Below are positions 1 to 12,400 of a stretch of 64,000 nt of DNA, piece after piece. Source of the DNA: Entomortierella parvispora E1425 (taxonomy: Eukaryota > Fungi > Mortierellomycota); contig BQFW01000012.1 of the NCBI GenBank assembly GCA_020891255.1, positions 2,108,001 through 2,172,000 of the forward strand, read 5' to 3'. Below the pieces are notes generated by a model. It ran no database searches, had not been told where the DNA came from, and saw nothing but the letters and a program-made list of their open reading frames with translations. Position 1 is the stretch's first letter; the number at the start of each line of letters is the position of its first letter. A program made the position numbers and the translations under genes.

Positions 1-1413
1 AATGGCTGATCCTTCTCTGCTCTCTTCAACGTTGCGAGTCCAGCAACAAGACTGAGGAAGCAAAGGAACATAAAAGTGGGAGTCGAGTACGCCTTCCCGA
101 TTTTGGCAAAAAGTGTCGTTCGATCCGAATAGTACATGTAGAGGATTGATCCTGCCATGACCGCCATTGCTCGCAAGACTCCAATGCCCGGGAAGAAAGC
201 TGCGAGAGGGTGTTCATTATAACCTATAATGGCATCATATGTGAAGAGAAAGGGATGTGAGAATGACGTTTGGGTATACACCTGGCAATGGCGAGCATTG
301 GCAGCATCCAGCAAGCAGACGTACGGGTTTGGACGATGAAGCCAATGGGGAGCCAGATCATGAGGAGCGCTAGCATCAAGCTTTGAACGCCGCTGTTCGC
401 CGGGTATTCGTAGCAGCAGGTTGCTGCCATAGGAGCGACTTTAGGCAACTGGTTATTGCAGACAAAATTGAGCATAACATCAGCCTCGGCAGACATGACC
501 CTCTCAGCAAAGTGAAGTCCATCCCTGGTGGCGTCCATTGCAGTCTCTGTCATCTTGTTCCAAACGAATGGTACGGTAACAACAGTATTCCGTGTAATGC
601 TCTTCAAATAGATATTCATCTCCTCAATGTCCTTGAGTCGAAGCGTCTCATATCGAACATCGGATAGCTTGTCAGGGTTGACAGATTGAATTGAGGAGAT
701 AAAGAGATGTTTTCCAGGTGACGCCGAATCGGGGTCGTTCATGACTTTGACAACATTGGCCATGGTCTTTTTCCACTCTTCCAGGCCTCCGGACCATTCT
801 CGGTACCGAAGGAACCACATCCCACTTCCGACAAGGAAAATTGTTGGAGTCTGTGCAACTGGCGCATTTTGATATTGTCCAGAAAGCAGTTCTTGAGCAG
901 TTGTCGTGTTCAAAACGGGATCCCAGTAGAATTCAAAGGTCGTTCCTGACGTTGGGTCCGTGTGAATGATGTTTGCGTGTTTATCCCGATCTGTGGCAAA
1001 GTCAGGGATGAATTTCTTGACAACCGAATAAAAGAGCTGGCGAACAACAGAGTCGCCGATCATGACAACCCTTGACTTGCCTAAGCAAGAGGTCGCAGAC
1101 GTGGGTTCATAGTTTTTCAACATGCATCCCTTGGGTTGCCACTGTGTCCGCTGGGTGTCAATCCAAGATCCTCCGTGGTTCAGGAGACTCTCGCAGTGGG
1201 TCTTGTCTGCTGGGTCTATTTTGACAAAGGTGAGGGGTTAGCGATTTGAGCGGTTAATCCCTTTTACCTCGGTGTTGTGCCTGTGCAGTGCCTGAGCTTA
1301 CCAACGATGGGCCTGACGGCAGCCAGAGCCAATAGAGCAGCAGCCAAGGCCCAGAATAGTGCCTGAATACCCTTCTGGTATGATGACGATGTGAAGGAAG
1401 GAGCTGCGTGCAT
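1..1413 (-). CDS. CAS1: Cas1p/CASD1-family polysaccharide O-acetyltransferase (capsule-type CAS1, unrelated to CRISPR Cas1); spliced, 3' part runs off the left edge
   Basis: Probable ATG at 1413 (MHAAPS...) with an N-terminal TM anchor and a gtaagc donor after RPIV. Exon 2 contains an SGNH-like esterase domain with IGDSVVRQLF and DGLH, then ATCCYEYP and TM helices. An intron at about 225-334 leads into a further TM exon (GYNEHPL...YMYYSDRT). Confidence 0.85.
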
Positions 1414-2382
1414 GATTCTGATGACCTGAGACCGTTGTGCCCCAGATGGAGGAGTTGGCAAATGTCAAGTGATTTGTCCAGCTCAGCCCGAAGTTGGAGG
1501 GAGAGGACCTGAGGGCAGGAGGAAAGTAGGTGAGGATGCGCGGCAAATGACTGTGAGTGAGGGGAATGAGGATGAGGCTATGCCCTATGAATGGATGGGG
1601 GTTCAAGGGGAGAGCGATGCAAGGCGGGAATGGTGGATGAGAAAGGACAAAGGAAACAAAGAGAGAATGGAGAAGAAAGCGCGCCTGTCTGTGGGTGAAC
1701 GAGAAAGTGCTCTCAAGTCGTCCAAGTCCGGGTGGAGAAAAAACACAAAATTGCAGGGCCAGTTTCGCCCTTGCCCATGGCTGGCGGCTATTGTCCAGAT
1801 CTCCCTCGGAAGTGCTTTTCGGCACCTCCACTTGTCCCTTGCCCTTGATTGACTAGCACCACTTCATCATAGAGTTGCGCCGTGGAGGACTGGCAAGAAC
1901 TTGTGGTGGTGGCGACGAGGTGAACCCTGCAAGTGCAGTTCTGGGTAAGATGGTCGATGATGAGATAGGGGCTTTCTTCAGGGCATCGGGGCCACGGCCC
2001 TGGTCGAAACAAATCCTCATTGGCCAATGGCAGTTGTAGCACGAAGCGAAGCCTGAGACACGATTTGTCAAGCCAAGGCAGGAGGTGCCATCGCTGGTGT
2101 CCTGAGAGGGGCCTGGCGGCAAAACAGAAGGGGCCAATATTCTTAGTGCGAAAACCGGGGGAAACCCAAGGCGCATGGAAGGCGTGGAAGGATGCAAAAC
2201 GCGTAGTGTGAAATGCAATTTTGTTTCATGTGAACAGAGCGTGCGCTCACCGCAGGATCGAAAACCTTGTTTGCCCAGTGGGACTCTGTGTGGTCCAAAT
2301 CGGGACAGGGGACTGAATTGCGTCGTTGGCCCGTCATTTGTCTCTCCCATCTTCCACTCAAAACCACCATCAGGAACACATC

Positions 2383-4137
2383 ATGGAGAAATTCTCGCGC
2401 TGGAGGGCAAGTGCATAGTCTCGGACCGTCTGATGCACCTCATCTGCACCTCACCACTCTAGCAGCTGATCGGAACGTTAACCAATGCAGGATGGGTATT
2501 CATTCCGCTTCAATGTCAATAGGATCAAGGCACCGGCATTCAGCCATTTTTGCCACCAGTGGTACGAAACATCAATTCAATCTGCTCAACACGCTTGTTC
2601 ACTCTGATGCAAAGGGCAGCAGGATGTTTTATTTCAGACATATTGACACCGCAGTGCTTCGCATGGTCTATGCTCGCACTTTATTTTCGCACGAAATAGC
2701 CCGCAAACGAGGATCATTCGACCCTTCAAACAGTGTTGACCGCGGTCTTGATGATTGTCAAGCCAATTCTCGGAACAGCCAAGTTTTTGGTCCTTGGCAT
2801 GGTGACAACAGGATTGGTCGTCCTCGAGACGTTAGGACTAGCTTTGGTACGGATCTGACTCTGATAGTTCATTTGGCTTCGAGAGCCTGGTTCCCCGATC
2901 AGGCTTGTTCAGCTCTAATAAGCGCCCCTATTTCTCCTAGACTCCTTTGGGTCCAGTTCATAAGGTCTACCACCGGGTCATTTCCGCTTTCTTCTTGCGT
3001 ATTATCTTGGGGCTCTTGGGCTTCTTCTGGATTAAGCATGAAGTTGTTACCTTGAGACGCGGGTAAGCTCCGTCACTACCTGAAGAAGAACTGACGGATC
3101 AAACAAAGGCGAACAGCGACTAATCTTAATTTGTCATAGACGCGCTACTGGATCTTCGAGTAAACAGACACCCAGCAGGAAAGCAAACACCTCTGGGGAG
3201 TTGATCATCAGTAATTGGTCGTCTTACATCGACGTCCTGTACTTGGCTTTCAGGTATGTCGAGAGCTTTGCCGGCAACTACAAAGCAGTAAGGGGATTGA
3301 AGTTGGTAGTTGGTAGTACTTTTTATTGACGATGGTCACTTGATAGGTATGATCCCGTCTTCACCCAAATCTACGCCGACACCTTGACCGTGCGCCAGAT
3401 TTCATTGTATGAAGCACTGCGCCTCTCTGGAAGTTACCCCGAGTTGTCTCCACCCTCTGGAGTCGAGACAATGCCACTTCTCGAATTCGTCAAGGCCATG
3501 CACAAGAAGAATGCCGGACCCGTAGTTGTCTTCCCAGAGGTAAAGATCCTCTTTTTTTTTTTTTTATGACAATTGATTGACCAAATGATGTTATTGACAA
3601 CGAACATATGTACATTTTTAGGGCACGACAACAAACAACAGAGCCATTCTCAAATTTGTGCCCATCTTCAAGGACTGCTCTGTCCCCGAGACCTCAATCG
3701 ACATTCAGATTCTCGCTCTCAAATACGACTATCACAAGTTCGCGCCTACTTTCACTGTTGGACTTGGAGATTCTTATTATTTGGGTCATTTGTTCCGCAC
3801 CTGTGCACAATTCTACAACCGACTCTCCGTCAAGTCTCTGAACCCCGAGGAATCTCCTTCAAATGCCAACTTTTCGACCATGGATGGACTCGCCAGCACT
3901 CCTACCAACGCTGCCGCAGGTGTTGTAGAGCCCGTTGAAGAGGATGTCCTCGGCGGTGTCATTATGAACCTCATGGGTCGCCTGATGAGATATAGAAAGT
4001 TGGGCTTGAATGTCAAGGACAAGGCCGACTTCTTAGATTACTTCATCCTACGCAACAATGGCATCAGCAGAAAGGCGCCTTCACAGAAGTCTGTAGCCTC
4101 TTCGGGTGCGGGATCTGGAAAACCCAAGAGACATTAG
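2383..4137 (+). CDS. Loa1/Vps66-like lysophospholipid acyltransferase (multi-exon)
   Basis: Splicing exon 2383-2406 (MEKFSRWR) to 2523 (DQGTGIQPFLP) rebuilds the conserved Vps66 N-terminus. An acyltransferase block GPVVVFPE lies at about 3520-3540. The terminal exon encodes LGLNVKDKADFLDYF, with the stop at 4137. Confidence 0.8.
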
Positions 4138-4212
4138 ATACTTCAAAAATGAGACCAATACAAGTCAACAGACAATTTTATTTTTCAAAGGGACGCATCT
4201 AGAATTTTTTGC

Positions 4213-4752
4213 TTGATGAAAAAAACTCGTTGCTTTCAAGAAATCGACCTCCTTAAAATCAGGAGCATCATTGCTCAGCTCCTGACTCGGATGTTCGTGT
4301 TTTCGCGCGTCTGGGAAGCTCTCACGTTTAAAGCCGGATTCACTGTTTGTATTTCTTGTCGCGAACCTTCTAGTACAATGATATCGGACTTATTCCAAGC
4401 CATGTTCTCTAGAATCCCACATAATGATGCTCCTGATCTCGGGCAAGTCGAATGGATGCATGGTGGGAGGATGGATGGAGAGAATGTCAAGAATCCAATG
4501 GGGGCTGGGAACATGGACCTGAACGCACTGCCGTCAGTTGAATTGGAAAAAAAAAAAAAAAAAAATGGTGGAGGAGCAACACACAAATTTCCACGCGTCT
4601 CCCAGGCACAAGCATTTTTTCTGGATGCTGTGCTGCACAAAATCATCCTTCGCGTCAAGGACCCCCTATTCAAATCTAGAGACCCAGCCAAATACATCTC
4701 TGCATGGTCATTTCTGCTGTTCATTGATCTCAGGGTTGTCTGGCACCACTAA
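4213..4752 (+). pseudogene. Degenerate 5' fragment of an F-box/LRR gene, inverted relative to the neighbouring intact gene
   Basis: 4246-4288 (DLLKIRSIIAQLLT) matches the reverse complement of 6251-6293 (DLPEIRSVIAQFLT) at about 32/43 nt. The 15-mer cgcgtctcccaggca at 4594-4608 matches 6213-6227 exactly in inverted orientation. No LRR body follows. Confidence 0.6.
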
Positions 4753-4769
4753 TGAAAGTGCCCGAATTT

Positions 4770-6311
4770 TCAGATCCTCTGGAGAAATATCTTTGTCGTG
4801 ATCCCTCCTTCCTCCAAGACCTCTTTCAGCGACTTGTTCCTTGTACGCCAAGAGTTTAAATCTCCCAAGACGGTGTGCAGCCGTGGCCAATTGTCCATCA
4901 TCCAGTGGAGATCCTGCATTTTCAAGTTTTGAGGTAAGTATTCAAACGAAAGCACTCGCAGCTGTCGCAGATTCCTCAACTCTTCCAAACCTTCAGCCAG
5001 CCGAAAGTGTATCCAGTGGCCCCCGTCAAGGTTTGTTCTCAGCTCACAATACCTCAAGTTTTGCAGTGTTCCAAGGCGTCGCAATAGCTCCTTTCGAATC
5101 GTTGGGTTGTTTCCTTCGGACAAACCGATCCCCAGTATGAGACGCTTGAGGCCCAAGCAGAGCCAGGGCCTAGGATCCTGCACCATGTCCAAGCCTTCTA
5201 TCATTTGTGCCTTCAGCTCCTCAAGACTTGTCATGCTGCACAAGATGTCTTGTACAACGCCCTCGTCATCATCAATAGAACAACCAAGCTCAAGCGTCCG
5301 CAGAGTCGATCTATATCTCATTCGAATCAATTCCCAAGTCGCTTTGTCGAAGGAAGCTTTTGGAAGCCTAAGTGATTGCAGGGGCAAGGCTCCACTCGCT
5401 GCCCTTGCCTCCAAAACCGGAGCCAAGGAAGTCCTCCTTTCATCGGCAAAATTGATCGTGAGATTGACGAGTAAAGGGCAGTGACGAATCTCCATCGCCA
5501 GTTGTTGTTTGTACTGCTCAACCGTGAATAGGCAGGGATTTACCCGCCAGATAAAGGCTTCCAGATCTGGGCAGTGTTTCAAGAGTGCGAGCTGGTCTTC
5601 CAGCTTTGTCATGTTGAGAGGACATTCCATCCCCAGAGTTTTGATCCTTAGCGGCGGTTGACAAAGATCCTCTTGTGCCAACAAGTCCGAGAGGCTAGAA
5701 AGTCCTCGTTGTGGCCACGGTGAGTTGACACTACTGTTTTGGAGACACCAAAAGTTGATACCAACAAGCCGCAGAGAGATCAGACGTGACCAGAGCGACC
5801 AACAGACGGGCCAACACGAGTAGGTCACATAGACGTCGGCAATCCAGAGTGACTTTAGAGAAGAACAGCTAGCGATGGTTTCCCATAAATCCTCGCTGGT
5901 TTCAGGCGAGGCTAAATCCTCAGCATTGGTGTATTCGAGCTCAAGATAGACCAGTGTGAATCGATGTCGATGAATAAAGAATCTCCCGGCTGGAGAAGGC
6001 ACAATACGAATCATATTCTCGAGATTTGGGAAATGGACGTTTCTATAGACCCCGGAGGGAAAACCGGCCAGGCTGTAGTCTGCATAGAAGGTGTTATCGA
6101 TCGACTTGATGAGATGTGCGTGGCAGCGAAAAGAGGCTTTGTTATAGCCAAATCCTGGATGGAGGAGAGGAGTGAGTTCTTTCCAGAGAAGAGGCAAGCA
6201 GGTCTGATTCCATGCCTGGGAGACGCGAGTGCAGACGGCGAGGCTGCGTGGAGTCAAGAATTGAGCAATGACGCTTCTAATCTCCGGAAGGTCAAATGGA
6301 TGCATGGTCAT
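4770..6311 (-). CDS. F-box/LRR (RNI-like) protein of the expanded Mortierellaceae type, intronless
   Basis: First ATG at 6311 or 6305. N-terminal F-box HPFDLPEIRSVIAQFL...VCTRVSQAW...LLW, leucine-rich repeats, and the family-typical C-terminus PWLCLGLKRL...LAEGLEELRNLRQLRVL...WMMDNWPRL. Confidence 0.85.
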   Translation of the reverse strand: MTMHPFDLPEIRSVIAQFLTPRSLAVCTRVSQAWNQTCLPLLWKELTPLLHPGFGYNKASFRCHAHLIKSIDNTFYADYSLAGFPSGVYRNVHFPNLENMIRIVPSPAGRFFIHRHRFTLVYLELEYTNAEDLASPETSEDLWETIASCSSLKSLWIADVYVTYSCWPVCWSLWSRLISLRLVGINFWCLQNSSVNSPWPQRGLSSLSDLLAQEDLCQPPLRIKTLGMECPLNMTKLEDQLALLKHCPDLEAFIWRVNPCLFTVEQYKQQLAMEIRHCPLLVNLTINFADERRTSLAPVLEARAASGALPLQSLRLPKASFDKATWELIRMRYRSTLRTLELGCSIDDDEGVVQDILCSMTSLEELKAQMIEGLDMVQDPRPWLCLGLKRLILGIGLSEGNNPTIRKELLRRLGTLQNLRYCELRTNLDGGHWIHFRLAEGLEELRNLRQLRVLSFEYLPQNLKMQDLHWMMDNWPRLHTVLGDLNSWRTRNKSLKEVLEEGGITTKIFLQRI

Positions 6312-6391
6312 GGACTGATGAAATGCATGGCCCAGAGACCACGCGCTCCACCTGAGTATGGTTTGCACAGCTTCCCCCTTTATTTTGAAAA

Positions 6392-9376
6392 TCACTTTTG
6401 CAGGAGAATCCAACTGGATTCCCTAGGAACACACACTTCCACACGTCTGAGAAGGGCAATCAAGAACTCTCTGTCCTCCGTCTGCAGGTTTGGATCCTGT
6501 GAAAGACGCAGCAGTCGATTTACCGTCTGACTTTCTTTGGAAGCCAAGATCGAACCCGCCTTGTCCATCACAACGATATCGGGCAGAGCAAGGGTCATTC
6601 GCCCCAGAATTTCGTGTCGACGGTCTTGATCTAGACCATTCCTTTGGGCAGTCGAAGAGGGAGCGTCGGAAGAAAAGCTCTGCAAAAACCGGCCATGCCA
6701 AAGTTCAAACACATCGTCTTCAACAACATGTCGGTCCAGGTCCACAGATCCACCAGTTCTACTTTGTGGATCACCCTGGGCCTCATGATCATCTGCCATG
6801 GCCAGCAAGTCGATTTCTGCTGCATCCACCGCCGACACTTTGGTACCAGATCCACCATCACTGACCAGAAGGCTGTTCAGCCCAGAGATTCCCTCCAGAC
6901 CATGAAGAGCCAATTCAGATCCATTCCACCACAAGAAGACAACTCCTCCCAACAGGAAGTCAACTCCAGCTTTGAAAACAAGAGTTTGGCTTGAAACCAG
7001 AACAAGCAAATCCAAGATCCTTTGCAGCCAAGTCATTTTCAAAGCCTCCTGCTGTCTCCTTCTTCTCGGATTCTGCTCCATACTGTCCGATGCGATCTTG
7101 AATCCCTCATCAACTCCAGCTTCCATGGCGTATAGCAGGACAGAAATTGCCGACTTGGACAGTTCATGGTTCGAGATCCCGACTGGGTCTTCTGATCCAG
7201 TGAGGGCAGCAACAACTAAAAGGGCGGTTTGAGCGATCTGTGTCATTCTTCCTTCCTGCTGAGACGACAGGTATCCTGCACGGTACAAAGACGAGATTCC
7301 TATAGCTTCTTTTAGGACTCTCGCTCCAGCATTGGCCGCGTAAATGTCACTCGATTCCACGTGAGCCGCCTCCAAGTGTGAGACAGATGTCAAAGAGAGG
7401 TCAGCAAGACGGCGCAAGACTCTCTGAGCAGTTCCAAAGTCTGTGAATGTTGTCTGATGGAAAAGTCGTAGCACCACAGCTCGAATGTCACCTAAGAGCT
7501 CCTTGGCATCATCTGTCAGCGAGGCGGTAGCCTTTTTGCCTCCAACCATAGCCAGACGGCCTTGACGGTATTGCTGCAAGTGGTTGGATAGCGTGTCCAA
7601 GAATACGAGCTGCAAGACCTCCAGATCCGAATTTTGCTCTTTGCCTTGCCCGCTAAAAAGTACCCCCACCAATTTCTCAATCAAGTCCACAACCCTTGAG
7701 CAAGGCAAAGTGACCCTCTTGGCAAGACCATCTAATCCACGGACTTTGTCCAACTCTGCAAGAGCTTGATCATTCTCGGATGATATCAGGGGCAGGCCTC
7801 CAAGGGTTAGGATTCGACCCAGGCCTTCTTCTCCTACAAGTAATTCTTCTGCAGAAAAGGCTAATGAAGACGTTGAGTTTGCGTCCTTGTCCAATTTGAA
7901 GCCAGACATGACCATAATCAAAAACTCCATCAGAGATGTCGAGGTGTTGGAGTGCCTTGAAGCCAGCTGGATAGCAGGAATAAGCAGCTCTGGCTCGAAC
8001 GTGATGAGTTGGTTCAAGAGTGGGAACCAATTGACCGCTGGCAGAGGTGTCGGCAAGGAGTGCACGGTATAGAGCAGTAGCTCAAGACTCGTTTTGTACG
8101 TTTTTTGAGCCTTTTGAGCTGTTCCCATTTGAAGCGGCTCCCATAAGCCATCCCAGAGACCTCGCAACCAGCTGGTAGAAACGGCGAGTCGGGAGTAATC
8201 CTTGGGTTCATTGCTGGTGCCAATGATCTTGCCGCTGTCGATGTGGCCTAGTCGATGGATGAGTGACGCGACTTGTCCAAGAACCAGTGCCGCCAGACGA
8301 CCAGCTTTCAGATCCTGCAACATCAACATCGACTTTGGTGAAGGAGCCTTGAAGCCTGGCACAACCGAGGCAAACGAGTTTGCAGAGGGGGTAGCGGGCT
8401 CAGATGTAGTCTCTGACGGGACCGGCGTAGAGTTGATGGAAATAGTCAAGCCGCTCAGTTCGATCAATGTGCTCAGGGCCGAATTGGTAACAGTAGCCAT
8501 GGCAATAGGGTTCGTCGAGGCAGTCAGGTATGAGAACAATCCATGGCTTCCAACAGAGGTTACCATTGCTCCACGGGACCAGTCAATACCGAACAAGGAG
8601 CCGAGAGCAACCACAGCTGTATGCCTAGCAGCAGAGGTTGGAGTAATTTTGATGAGGTTGACGAGGGAGTGAATGCGACCGGTGAACAGAGAGATTTCAC
8701 TGGACGCAGGGTTGCGAACATCCAGATTGGTGTGGATCATGTGGCAGAATGGAATGGTGAAGTGCGCCAACTGAGGTTGAAGGTCTCTCTATCGGATTAA
8801 AGTAATAAATAAACAAATTATTAGTGGCAGTTCGTTGTCAATTTTCGAACGGAGAGGTCATCAGGTACGTACTCGCGAGGTGGCGGCTAACAAGGCTCCG
8901 TCCAAAAGTGCAGAATCCGATTTACGGTCTTCCGGCGATGACTCTGTCCTATCTGAGAAGGCAAGGACCCAAGGTGCGCCCAAAAATCTTGCAAGGGTTT
9001 GTGGCGAAAAGACCTGCTGTTGGTCGTTCAAGAATGACTCAATATCCTTCCGCGCCATGTCTTTTATCTTCTGAATAGCCTCCACATCTGAATCTTCGCT
9101 CTTGCCCTTGTTCTTCTGTGGCGAGGAAGAGGCAATGGCTGAGGATAAGCGTGAGAATGCGATGAAAAGACCCAAAGTCAGCGTGAACGAGGCCGTGTTG
9201 ATTTCCAAGACAGCCAACAGTTGTGCAAGTGTCTGATGGCAAATTTCGTTTAACTCGGCGGTCTTTGTGGGCGAGTCGACAAGTCCAGCTAGCAGGTTGC
9301 ATAGAGACCAGCCTGTACCGAAAGTAGCCCAGCTTGTGATTTCACTACAACATGACGATTATTAAATTAGCATTGC

Positions 9377-9409
<33 letters not shown>

Positions 9410-12400
9410 AGAAAGGGGAGAAAAGAAAAGCACTGCATCTGAAAATGTGAAGAAAAGTACCTGGAGGTATTTGGATTGGCAGAGTCTTCCTCTAGTCTGG
9501 CCGTAAACACTCCTAGAACCTGACGGACCAATTTTTCATCCACAGCCGCCAACGGCGTGATGAAGCTCAGTGACACCAGGACGGCGAATTGAACCTCATC
9601 GCTACGTCCCACTTCCGTGAGGGACTCTGGGTGGACGTAGTTCTGCAAAAGATGTTTGGCCAATAGCGATCCTTGAACTGTGGATGCAGGGTGAGAGTGC
9701 CTGTGCAATGACAGAATAATGCCTAAATTCCAGAAAGAATAGTGAGAAAGAGGGATACCAAGAGATCGACGTACATGTATATTTCAGAAACACTTACCAG
9801 TGATTGCAAAAAGAGCGTTCGCGCAATGTGCCGGGACATAACCATCCGTAAGCTTCTTGTGGAGGTCTCCAATCAACGTCTCTGCGATAATGAGCGTTTG
9901 GGCGTCGTCGTTAGGAATCCAAATATTGTCAAAAAGGGCAGTCCACCCCTCTAGGGCAGTAATTCTCTCAACGATATGGTCGGTCAAGGAGACATCTGTC
10001 AGAGCTGTCATCACGTTCCTATAGCTCTGTCGTGCACGGATAGCCTGGACTGAATCATCCTCTGTAGGAGCATCTGTAGTAGCCATGACCTTGGAGGATG
10101 GAAGTTTTTCGACCACAGAGGAGCACAACAAACTGGACAAAGCGTATCCAATGCGGAGACCGGGGTTAACATCACCAGTCTGCCACTTTTGAAGAAGGTT
10201 GTAGGATACTACGGATAGCACTCCATTCAATCGATCGATCTCCTGTGTTCCTGTTAGAGTATCAGGTGTAGCTTTTTTGGTGGCCACATCCTTGAAAAGC
10301 CCGCGTCGCATATGTAAAAGCTCGTAGCGCACCAATTTGTCAAGAATTTGTGAATATTCGTCCACAACCATGGGTTCTTGGGCGTCGAGAATACTCTTTC
10401 GAATAAAGATCAAAGGCGACTCTACGTCGAGCAAGTCCATAATCTCCGTAGCGTGGAAGGCTCCCAACGCCTTCAATCCAGTCGCAAGAACATCAGGGTT
10501 TTCAGATGACAGCAGCGGCTTGATGTAGTTGGCGAGAATGGCCTCTCGCAACTCCAAGTAAACAGGCGTATCTAAAATGATATTCAAGGATGAGTAACAG
10601 AATAGGCGCTTTTCAATGTGATCTTTGGACCCAAACCTAGCCTTTACCTTCACTTCTTGACCCTACAATACTATAGAAGCGGCACATCTCGCGAATCATT
10701 CCAGGGTGGCCAATGTTCATGGCATGTTCGGCGACATGACAGAGAAGGACATTCCATGCTAAAAAATACAAGATGGACAACTGGTCAGATCATGCTATAA
10801 AATGACACACTCGGTCAAAAATATACCATACCTGCTCGAGGCTCGACAACATTGGCTTCTACAGTGAGATTCATCGTCTCAATAATGATGCAGATGGATG
10901 AAGCATAGAGCGCTACCGATCCCAAAAGAGTTGCAAGGAACGGGATGAGAACCTCGGCGTATCCGGTGGCATCATACGCACAGATATCGCTATGTGGAAA
11001 CGTAGTTAGCGGAGAACTTTGAAAATGTCAAACTGATCGAACCAGTACCATGGACTCACCGAATAGTTGTCAGAACAGCCACCTCCATGTCGTACTCAGG
11101 ATCACCTTTCATAGGTGTCTTGATAAGACGAGGGCGACTTTCAGCCCAGCTATGGATGACATGGCGGAGCGTCTTCCAAACTCGAGGCTGCCTCTTCCAG
11201 ATCAGAAACAAAATCCTGACTCCAACAGCGCCCATGTGTGTGTTCATGATTTTGGCTCCAGAGGGTGCGTTTGGTACCCCGTTGATCAAGGTGAGGATGG
11301 TTCTTAATACACGAGCAGTGACCATTTCGTCCTTGGAAGTGACAAGCATGGGGATCGCCTCTTGCAACAGGTGCAATTTGACTTGAGGGCTCGAGTCCAC
11401 GCGAAGAACATAGAGAAAGAGCACAAGAGTAACTAGATGTCCATCTTCCACCTCGGCCAGTTGTGTGATCGCCTGGATTCTCCTTTCCTCGTCTGGGTGG
11501 AACATGGCTGTAGTGTAGATCAGGCTCGAGAATGTGCTTTCATCTCCTAAAGAAAGCCGTGGCCCTTCAGTAACACTGTTGTCCTGCTCCCAGTTTCGAC
11601 AAAGGTGAGCAACGTCCGCATAAATCATGGCAGAGACTCCAGTTGAATGAATTCCTCCTGATGGTGGCTGAGGTTGGACAGAGACGGTCCTGGGGATCAT
11701 TTCCAACTTTTGAAGCACCTCAGAGCACTTCTTACTAATATCCTCTGTCTGAGTCTCTCCCATGACCTGAAAGATGGGCAAAAAGGCGAGGTTGGCGGTA
11801 ATAGCCTGGATGGTGTCCTTGGTGTTGAGAATAGTTCGGTGCATCAACTCGACGATGATGGTTTGCTCGTCCAAGGTAGGAGAATTCATCAGAATAAACG
11901 AGAGCAGGGGCCAGAGTGTGTCAAAGGGAAGGGATGGTGTCGCATATCCTTTTTTTTCCTTGAGGAGAGTTTGCAAGCTTTGCAGCAAGGAAAAAGTCGA
12001 TAGTCCAAAACGTCTCATGTCAGTAACCCATGACAATAAAATCATCAAGAGATGGCCGCCCAGTTGCTCCTTGTATTCTTTGGTTAGCGAAAGCTGAGTG
12101 GCTGGAAGACAGTAAAAGTCGACGAGAGCTTGGATGGACGCCATTAAGGCTGTGCTCGGCTGTGATCGATCGAGTGGGAAGCGGTCCGGGATTGAACAGA
12201 GATACTCAAACAGATGAACCAAAAGAGGTTGTTGGTCCGAATCCAGAAGACATCCATTGAGCGTTTTGGTGATCCAGAGAATAATTAACGTAGAAGCAAT
12301 TGTCGTCCGCTTTTGTTGGTCCAGCAAGCAATAGTCCAGAAAGGGCGCCAGAATCTCAAAAACGGCAATACGGTATACGGCCGATTCGGGTCGGTGTCCA

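Noticed and set aside
1-1413. CAS1 as a CRISPR-Cas component
   Set aside because: Name coincidence only. This is the fungal capsule O-acetyltransferase family, and no repeat-spacer array or cas gene occurs in the window.
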